Assembly (NCBI GenBank): GCA_028279045.1
Contig: JANQSZ010000016.1
Location: 6,333-70,332, forward strand
Origin: Candidatus Nanoarchaeia archaeon
GTDB lineage: Archaea; Nanobdellota; Nanobdellia; Woesearchaeales; UBA10216
Reading direction: 5' to 3'
DNA: 64,000 nucleotides
Every line of letters begins with the position of its first letter. Within the stretch, counting starts at the first letter, position 1. Of the stretch, positions 58,084-64,000 are shown one piece after another. The notes beneath the pieces are model-generated. The model was not told the DNA's origin. It worked only from the letters and a program-made list of their open reading frames with translations, and did not search any database. The translations under genes were made by a program, and so were the position numbers.

Positions 58084-58665
58084 CTAGGCAAAGAGTCGAG
58101 AAAGGCTCTGTTTGGCATCGCCAGGAGTCATGCCCATTACTTCGAACAGCGCTAGAACGTCATGCGGTGCTCTCATATCATAAGGATCGCTTGCAAGCGA
58201 AAAAGCAGCAGACAAGTTCTTGTATTTCCTAGTTACCCGTATATTCTGCCCCATTCTTCCCATAATTACAGGGTTTTCCAGTATGCTTGCAAGGGAATAT
58301 CCTATCGTCACCCCATATTCTACCGCAAGTTTACAGCTAACCTGCGTCAACCCGGCTCGTTTACTAAATATAGGGTCTTTTTTCGGAGAAGTCTCCATTC
58401 CATAGATCACGGTTGGCTTCGCTTTGATCATAAGCTGCGGTTGGAGTGTTTTCAAGAACGTTGGCTTCCCAGTCATCACTGCATTCCGCACGTTTTTCTC
58501 ATTACACAAGAACCCAGTGCTCAACTTCAGCTTAGACCTCGGTAATTCTACCTTGTGTCCTTTCTTGAAAGGATACAACAACGTCAATCCATCATATCCT
58601 AGCTTCTCTCCCATCTTAATGAGTTCCTTCTCATTGTCTTGGGGAGCAACAACATCGTAAAACAT
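58084..58665 (-). CDS. rnp3: RNase P protein subunit Rpp30.
   Basis: N-terminus MFYDVVAP and C-terminus ..RAPHDVLALFEVMGMTPGDAKQSLS.. match the Rpp30 family (compare human RGPYDVANLGLLFGLSESDAKAAVS). Confidence 0.7.
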   Translation of the reverse strand: MFYDVVAPQDNEKELIKMGEKLGYDGLTLLYPFKKGHKVELPRSKLKLSTGFLCNEKNVRNAVMTGKPTFLKTLQPQLMIKAKPTVIYGMETSPKKDPIFSKRAGLTQVSCKLAVEYGVTIGYSLASILENPVIMGRMGQNIRVTRKYKNLSAAFSLASDPYDMRAPHDVLALFEVMGMTPGDAKQSLSRLFA

Positions 58666-58741
58666 AGTATCAAGCACCGTCTGAGGATATTTAAAGGTTT
58701 GGCAGCAAAAGTTTAAAAGCATGTATGCTGCTTAACCAGCT

Positions 58742-59458
58742 ATGAAAAAGGGGTTTGTAGCAGATCAAGCTAAATGGATCTTTGTCGTTATTGCTGGCGG
58801 AGTCATTTTCCTCTTTCTCTTCCGTGTTTTAACATCTCAATCGTCTGCTACCGATGCCCAAGTTGCTGCTGACATCGTAGCAGTCATTACCGCTGTAGCA
58901 GCAGGTGTTTCTTCTGAAAGTACAGAAACCATCAACTTACCAGAGCGTGCATCTATCGCATACAACTGCGAATCCAGAATTTTAACAGTGAACGGAGCCC
59001 AGCGCAGATACGTTGGTGATGCAGTGCTATTCGTAAAAAGAGATCTCATCACTTCTTCGATGGTGATTCACGTGCAAGAGTACAAGATACCGTACACCGC
59101 AGCGATAGCTGTGTTCATTACTGATACTGTTAGTGAGGTCACCAACCAAGATGTCTACGATCTCGTAGGTAATTTTGACGTCGATTCTTCTCCAGGAAAC
59201 AACAACAAGCTCTGTGGAGAAAACGAACTCCTTCAGCGTGCAAAGCTAACAACAGACGTACTTCGAGAACGCGCAATTGAGTTTGCAGGTTGCCACGGCG
59301 GCTACGCAGCCCTGGATCAGAATGCAGTGCAGATCATGGACAGCTATTACACTGCCCCTAATTTTGCTGCACTAAACACTCTTGTTGACAACAGCAAACA
59401 ACGTCTCGAACAACGAAATAATCAAGTGATCCGTGCATCGTGCCCGGCAATTTACTAA
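58742..59458 (+). CDS. Pilin-like protein (MKKGFVADQAKWIFVVIAGGVIFLFLF).
   Basis: KKG followed by a hydrophobic helix; first gene of the second pilin cluster. Confidence 0.5.
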   Translation: MKKGFVADQAKWIFVVIAGGVIFLFLFRVLTSQSSATDAQVAADIVAVITAVAAGVSSESTETINLPERASIAYNCESRILTVNGAQRRYVGDAVLFVKRDLITSSMVIHVQEYKIPYTAAIAVFITDTVSEVTNQDVYDLVGNFDVDSSPGNNNKLCGENELLQRAKLTTDVLRERAIEFAGCHGGYAALDQNAVQIMDSYYTAPNFAALNTLVDNSKQRLEQRNNQVIRASCPAIY

Positions 59459-59459
59459 A

Positions 59460-59975
59460 ATGAAAAAAGCCCAAGTCAATGCATTCATGAGTGTGCTTGT
59501 AATTGTCTTTTTCTTGGCATTTGCAATGATCGGTTTCGTCATTTACGGTTCGCAGCAATTGCGGGAAACCGAACTCGATGTTCGCCAAGCATCCGAGGAG
59601 CGTGCACGAGAAATCACGAATGTTATTCTCGCTATGCCAGAGCTTCGTTGTTCGACAAACAACCAGTGGGAACGTTTCTGTTTGGATGAAACAAAAATAA
59701 AAGCATTCCAAGAAAAACGCGACGATCCGTACTACCGCGACATTCTTGGATTCACGTTTGCCATGGTCATCAAGCCCTCGGATCCTTTAGATGATCTCTC
59801 TTCAGCAACTCCTGCGCAAATTCAAAGCTTGCAACATCGTGTAATCATCGACAACCCGATTGCAGAAGGCAACATTGTAACCGCCGAACAGACTCAAACT
59901 CCAATCACGGTCTTTAATCCAGAAACAAACCGCTATGACTACGGTATATTATTTGTCGAGGTGTCTTCACGATGA
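59460..59975 (+). CDS. Type IV pilin-like protein (MKKAQVNAFMSVLVIVFFLAFAMIG).
   Basis: Class III signal peptide. The start follows 1 nt after the previous stop. Confidence 0.6.
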   Translation: MKKAQVNAFMSVLVIVFFLAFAMIGFVIYGSQQLRETELDVRQASEERAREITNVILAMPELRCSTNNQWERFCLDETKIKAFQEKRDDPYYRDILGFTFAMVIKPSDPLDDLSSATPAQIQSLQHRVIIDNPIAEGNIVTAEQTQTPITVFNPETNRYDYGILFVEVSSR

Positions 59976-60406
59976 AAGCCCAGACAGAAATTCTCGGCAT
60001 TACAATTATGGCGATGATTTTCATTGTCATGTTTCTTGTATTCATGGTGCTTTCAGCAGAAGACGAACCTGTTACAATCGCTGCGGATTTCATTCAATCA
60101 AACTTGGCAACAGCTACTTTAGATAGCGTACTCGACACCACCGTTGTATGTGATGACGCTGAATTCAGAATCGAAGGAATGATTCAAGAGCACGGAGAAA
60201 ATCTTGTGGTTGAATCAGAATGCACTGCATTATATATAGAGGAACTGCTTGATTGGACATTCAATGCGTACGGTCGCGGGTATGAATTTAGCATTGACGA
60301 TCAACTAATCGCATTTACACCCTGCAGCACTGAACAAGAAGAACAAGCGCGACACGATATACCAAGTCCAGGTGGCATAAGAAAAGTGGAGCTTAAGATA
60401 TGTTAA
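59972..60406 (+). CDS. Type IV pilin-like protein (MKAQTEILGITIMAMIFIVMFLVFMV).
   Basis: Class III signal peptide; ATGA overlap. Confidence 0.6.
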   Translation: MKAQTEILGITIMAMIFIVMFLVFMVLSAEDEPVTIAADFIQSNLATATLDSVLDTTVVCDDAEFRIEGMIQEHGENLVVESECTALYIEELLDWTFNAYGRGYEFSIDDQLIAFTPCSTEQEEQARHDIPSPGGIRKVELKIC

Positions 60407-61740
60407 AGAAAGGTCAAATAACAATTTTCATCATCCTCGGCCTAATTATCTTCTCAATATTTGCAATGCTTCTCTACATTCGTTCTGCTGCCGTCGAGAA
60501 CGTTCTCGACACTCAAGTCCAGCTTGATTCACTTTCCGAACAAGAGATTGCCGTCGCAATCGACATCATAGAAGAAGAAGTGATGAATCAGTATCTTGGT
60601 GGCGCTGAACAATTTGCAAATTCCGGAGGAGCTGCGCAGACGGGCTCAGATGTTGGAATAACAAGAACCGGATTGTTTCTAACATCAGAAAACAATTACG
60701 ATGATTCTTTTCAAACATCTAATGTGCAAGTGTATGGAACGCCAAACCCTCGAGAGTTTGCCAATGTTAACGATTACGTTAAGTTTCTAGAAAGTCACAT
60801 TCAAAACAACTTACCGACAGTATTAGATCCATTGACAGAGCGAGGATTTGATAATACTGCTACAATAGCCTCTGTTTCCGTAAACCACAACGCACGTGAT
60901 GTCGCGATTCGTGTTGAGGGTGACTGGACACTAGAAAAAGCCGGAAAGACAACAGTGCTCGATGCGATTAATGTTATTGTCCCTCATAATGTGCGTGGAT
61001 TCTTTGATTTCGTACACGAAATAAATAGACAAGACTCCGCTTCAGTAGATTTCGACCCAGAAGTTGTAGTACAAGATCCATACACCGTCGACGTTTCCCG
61101 CGGTGTAGCTCGCGACGTCATTACAATCACCGACACGTCATTTACGATAGACAATGAACTATTTGTGTTTGAGTATGAACGCGCAAATCGTCCTCCTGAT
61201 GCAAGAGCGATTTCAATTGAAGATGATTTCATTATTTTCAACGTTGCAGGAGAACGTGCAGTAACATGCCCAGCAACGTTTGTCGATCCTGATGAAGATA
61301 CAATAATAAGGTACGCCATAAGCGAGCCAGGATCCACAGGTGTTGCAATTGCAACGGATGTTACTCAGCTGTGTGCAATGAAATTAACGCAGAGCAATTT
61401 CGGCTACACATTAGCAAAAGAAGACGTCTGCAACCTAAACGCTGTTGATGATCGCGAAGCAGGCCCGCAGCCTGGTCCAACAATCCATCTGCAAGATGAA
61501 GAGGGCATGCGTGATTCATATACGCATGAAGATAATAGAATTCGGTGTGATCCTACTGATCCTATTCACGGTTTGTGTTGTGATACTTCCAATCCTGTTC
61601 GCGGCAGTTGCTATGCAGAAGAAGGACGTCCATGTTTACTCCACACCTGCCATTGTGACATAGATATTAATCGTGTTTGCAGCAATATGGGCGTGTGCTT
61701 ACCAGTTGAAGCAGCCGATTGCGATGCTGTTTGTACATAG
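60400..61740 (+). CDS. Large pilin-like protein (MLKKGQITIFIILGLIIFSIFAMLLYI) with a Cys-rich C-terminal domain.
   Basis: Class III signal peptide; 446 aa; the C-terminal 90 aa contain 12 Cys. Confidence 0.6.
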   Translation: MLKKGQITIFIILGLIIFSIFAMLLYIRSAAVENVLDTQVQLDSLSEQEIAVAIDIIEEEVMNQYLGGAEQFANSGGAAQTGSDVGITRTGLFLTSENNYDDSFQTSNVQVYGTPNPREFANVNDYVKFLESHIQNNLPTVLDPLTERGFDNTATIASVSVNHNARDVAIRVEGDWTLEKAGKTTVLDAINVIVPHNVRGFFDFVHEINRQDSASVDFDPEVVVQDPYTVDVSRGVARDVITITDTSFTIDNELFVFEYERANRPPDARAISIEDDFIIFNVAGERAVTCPATFVDPDEDTIIRYAISEPGSTGVAIATDVTQLCAMKLTQSNFGYTLAKEDVCNLNAVDDREAGPQPGPTIHLQDEEGMRDSYTHEDNRIRCDPTDPIHGLCCDTSNPVRGSCYAEEGRPCLLHTCHCDIDINRVCSNMGVCLPVEAADCDAVCT

Positions 61741-61779
61741 CAACCTTTAAATAGACAAAATAGCAATTTCTCTATAGAA

Positions 61780-64000
61780 ATGAAGTGGAAACGAGAGTGG
61801 GTAGTCATAAGTATTCTAGCTATATTTCTCCTAAATGCCTTACCTGGCCAGGCACAGACGCATGCAGCATGTATGGACGAAAGTACTCATGTCCCATGTA
61901 CTTGGCCACTAGTAAATGGACAACACGGAACAGAGCGATGTTGCGGTCCAGTTGGCAACGCTGCAGATTGTACTGCAGATCTTAGCTACAATGCTGGCGG
62001 GTACAATTGTCCTGGCGGCACAGAAGGTTGTCCTAAAGCAGCATGTAACGGTCATGATGGTCCAGAAAATTTTTGTGAGAATCTTTGGGCTATTCCAGGA
62101 CCTAATCAATGTAAAGAAGATCCAGATGATGCCCCTACAGGCGGTGGAGCTGTTACAGGTACAACATGTGATGCACTTACATTCACAATTTCAGATCCAG
62201 ATGTGCCATTTGAATACGTGGATACAGATAACTTGCAAACAACGCACGGATTATATTCCTATTGTTTTGAAGGCGGCTGTCCACAGGATCCTTCGTTTTG
62301 GTTCGTTAATTTTCCCACAGCTAGTTGTGCGGGTGTCTCTGGAGCGAATCCGACAGATGCCTGTTGTCTAAGCTTTGGAGGAAATCCTTCAACAGATCCT
62401 GCATTTAGCGGATTCACCCCTGCAGGCGAACTTCCAACTGGGAATTGTTGTGCAGATCCACTAGATGGTAATTTTTGTGACGCAGATCTTAGTTGTGATG
62501 ATAACACAGATGCTAGTGAGTGTGAAGTCCAGGATGTATGTAAGGCATCGTCGAGGGTAATTTGTCAAGATCTCGTAACTGGATCATGTACGCCAGAATA
62601 TCCAGCAGTGTGTGATGCAGACGATACTTTGGACAGGATTGCTGGTACAACAGAGTCTACTGATTTAGATACGTTAAATGAGTGTAGAATGGGCTGTTGT
62701 TATTTTGAAGGTGATCAAACGTCTGCATCTGGCGGGGATGATGTAAATTCATTAGAATGTGTTCGTGCATGCGAATCTGATTCTTCATGCATTGTTGAAA
62801 ATAATTTCCCTGTTCATGATGTTCCTGCAACAGCAGGGCAGTGTGATGCTGATATTTTTTCAGAAACATCTCAGTGTTGTGTTTTATTAGAATCTGGAGC
62901 GAATACGCACACTATTGAACTCAACGGTGGCACACAAGCCTTCTTTGGAAATTTCCCGATACCAATTCCTTTAGAAAAAGATATTGCAACATTATTTGCA
63001 GGTGTTGAAGATAGTATTGTTGAGGTTAGATCGGGTACAAATGTTTACACTCCCGGAAATCCTTCTTCAACTTGGCAACATTCAGGGGAAAGGTTTACAG
63101 TCGTAACATCTGAACCTGCAACGTGGACGTACGTAACTGAAGCAGGGGACATACAAGAAGTAGACAGCGCTGATTACGATAACACCTGGCTTGGTTGCCG
63201 GGCTCAAGTTACCGAAGATCTCCCGTGCTTCATTTCAACGGAAGCTGCATGCGGGACTGGAGTTAGTTTTGGATTTACTGCAGAAGAACTTGCAGCAGCG
63301 TCTTGTCCATACACAAGTTCCACTCCTCCGCCAGATAATCCTGATGATCCAAGTAGTCCAAGAGTAATTGTCTCCCCAACGACTTTGGACGAAGCTGACA
63401 TCGTCGCCGGTACAACAATCACACTTACTTTAGAAAACGCAGAGTGGGAAGCAGATCCTACTTTCAGTAACAACAAAGGAGCGCTTGAACAGGGATTAAC
63501 AACTGAAGGTGAGTGGCAGGCTGAAGTGTGGCCAGTGACAAATACACAACATATTGACCGAACGAGCGATACCGTCGTTACTCTAACAATTCCACCAATT
63601 GCAAATTACGACATCAGTTCTGACGAGCGCTTGTCTGTCGTCGTTCCTGAAGAAATCACAGATCACAATCAAGACATTACAAAAACAAATGCAATTACCA
63701 TTAGCGCTGAGGAGGCAGCAAATCCTGACGCAGTATATGTTGAAATCAGTGGCTCAGTTGTTCCGCCGGTAAAAGAAGCAGAAGTACGTACCAATGGTTT
63801 GACAATTACCCTCACGTTGCATAACGCAGATTGGGTTCCTCATCCAGCATTCAGCGGCATCAGAAATGAAATAATTGCTGGGCTCATTTCAGAATCCTCA
63901 GTAACTGATGAACCAAGTGGTTGGGAAGCAAGAGTAAAGCCTGCGATTGGCATTAATGACGTTGTGCGTGCCGCAAACGACGTTGTCGTTATCAGCATAG
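61780..64000 (+). CDS. Large Cys-rich secreted protein, 3'-partial (at least 740 aa, continuing beyond the window). It is not in the ORF track because no stop lies in the window.
   Basis: I translated frame 1 by hand from the ATG at 61780 to the window end and found no stop. Sec-type signal MKWKREWVVISILAIFLLNALPGQAQT. Many CC/CxxC pairs, then beta-rich domains. Only short ORFs are listed in the other frames across the 2.2 kb. Confidence 0.6.
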   Translation, partial: MKWKREWVVISILAIFLLNALPGQAQTHAACMDESTHVPCTWPLVNGQHGTERCCGPVGNAADCTADLSYNAGGYNCPGGTEGCPKAACNGHDGPENFCENLWAIPGPNQCKEDPDDAPTGGGAVTGTTCDALTFTISDPDVPFEYVDTDNLQTTHGLYSYCFEGGCPQDPSFWFVNFPTASCAGVSGANPTDACCLSFGGNPSTDPAFSGFTPAGELPTGNCCADPLDGNFCDADLSCDDNTDASECEVQDVCKASSRVICQDLVTGSCTPEYPAVCDADDTLDRIAGTTESTDLDTLNECRMGCCYFEGDQTSASGGDDVNSLECVRACESDSSCIVENNFPVHDVPATAGQCDADIFSETSQCCVLLESGANTHTIELNGGTQAFFGNFPIPIPLEKDIATLFAGVEDSIVEVRSGTNVYTPGNPSSTWQHSGERFTVVTSEPATWTYVTEAGDIQEVDSADYDNTWLGCRAQVTEDLPCFISTEAACGTGVSFGFTAEELAAASCPYTSSTPPPDNPDDPSSPRVIVSPTTLDEADIVAGTTITLTLENAEWEADPTFSNNKGALEQGLTTEGEWQAEVWPVTNTQHIDRTSDTVVTLTIPPIANYDISSDERLSVVVPEEITDHNQDITKTNAITISAEEAANPDAVYVEISGSVVPPVKEAEVRTNGLTITLTLHNADWVPHPAFSGIRNEIIAGLISESSVTDEPSGWEARVKPAIGINDVVRAANDVVVISI

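Noticed and set aside
61785-61985. 66-aa ORF METRVGSHKY...
   Set aside because: It is out of frame with, and contained in, the long open frame starting at 61780 that carries a signal peptide. The same applies to the other short ORFs listed between 61900 and 63500 on both strands.

Overview
This 64 kb window reads as archaeal DNA, probably from a small, reduced-genome (DPANN-like) archaeon. The evidence is TFS, the RNase P protein subunits Rpp21 and Rpp30, a Dph2 remnant, an initiator tRNA with an A1:U72 pair, two intron-containing tRNAs, many class III (prepilin-type) signal peptides, and TATA-box promoters about 20-30 nt upstream of start codons. Gene density is high on both strands and I see no CRISPR array and no rRNA. 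Content falls into four groups. (1) Housekeeping and central metabolism: tfs, pgk, a type I (bacterial-like) GAPDH, SAH hydrolase, a PfkB kinase, RNase HII, RpiB, an M32 carboxypeptidase, a nitroreductase, a COG0523 GTPase plus NikR plus an NRAMP-like transporter, and two tandem GT-C glycosyltransferase paralogs. (2) A ten-gene type IV pilus operon (12.6-24.1 kb) with four prepilins, a 1222-aa pilin-like adhesin whose vWA domain is interrupted by two MAM-like domains, a FlaI/GspE-like ATPase and two single-domain TadB/TadC-like platform proteins; it is followed on the other strand by a MoxR-DUF58-vWA(BatA-like) operon. (3) Further surface and pilin clusters: two tiny Cys-rich pilins, an 1105-aa TSP3-repeat surface protein sitting between the two RNase P subunit genes, and a second four-pilin cluster followed by a large Cys-rich secreted protein that runs off the window end (not in the ORF track). 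(4) Oddities: lysine-rich histone-H1-like tails with FF/LF mini-motifs on several envelope and pilus proteins; a secreted Lon-like S16 protease; a Kazal-domain membrane coiled-coil protein; a free-standing LAGLIDADG endonuclease ending inside an initiator tRNA-Met that carries a non-canonical T-arm intron; a tRNA-Ser(GCU) with an intron of about 41 nt; and decayed genes (a Dph2 N-terminal stub, a half-MFS transporter, a TtuA-like Zn ribbon without a PP-loop).
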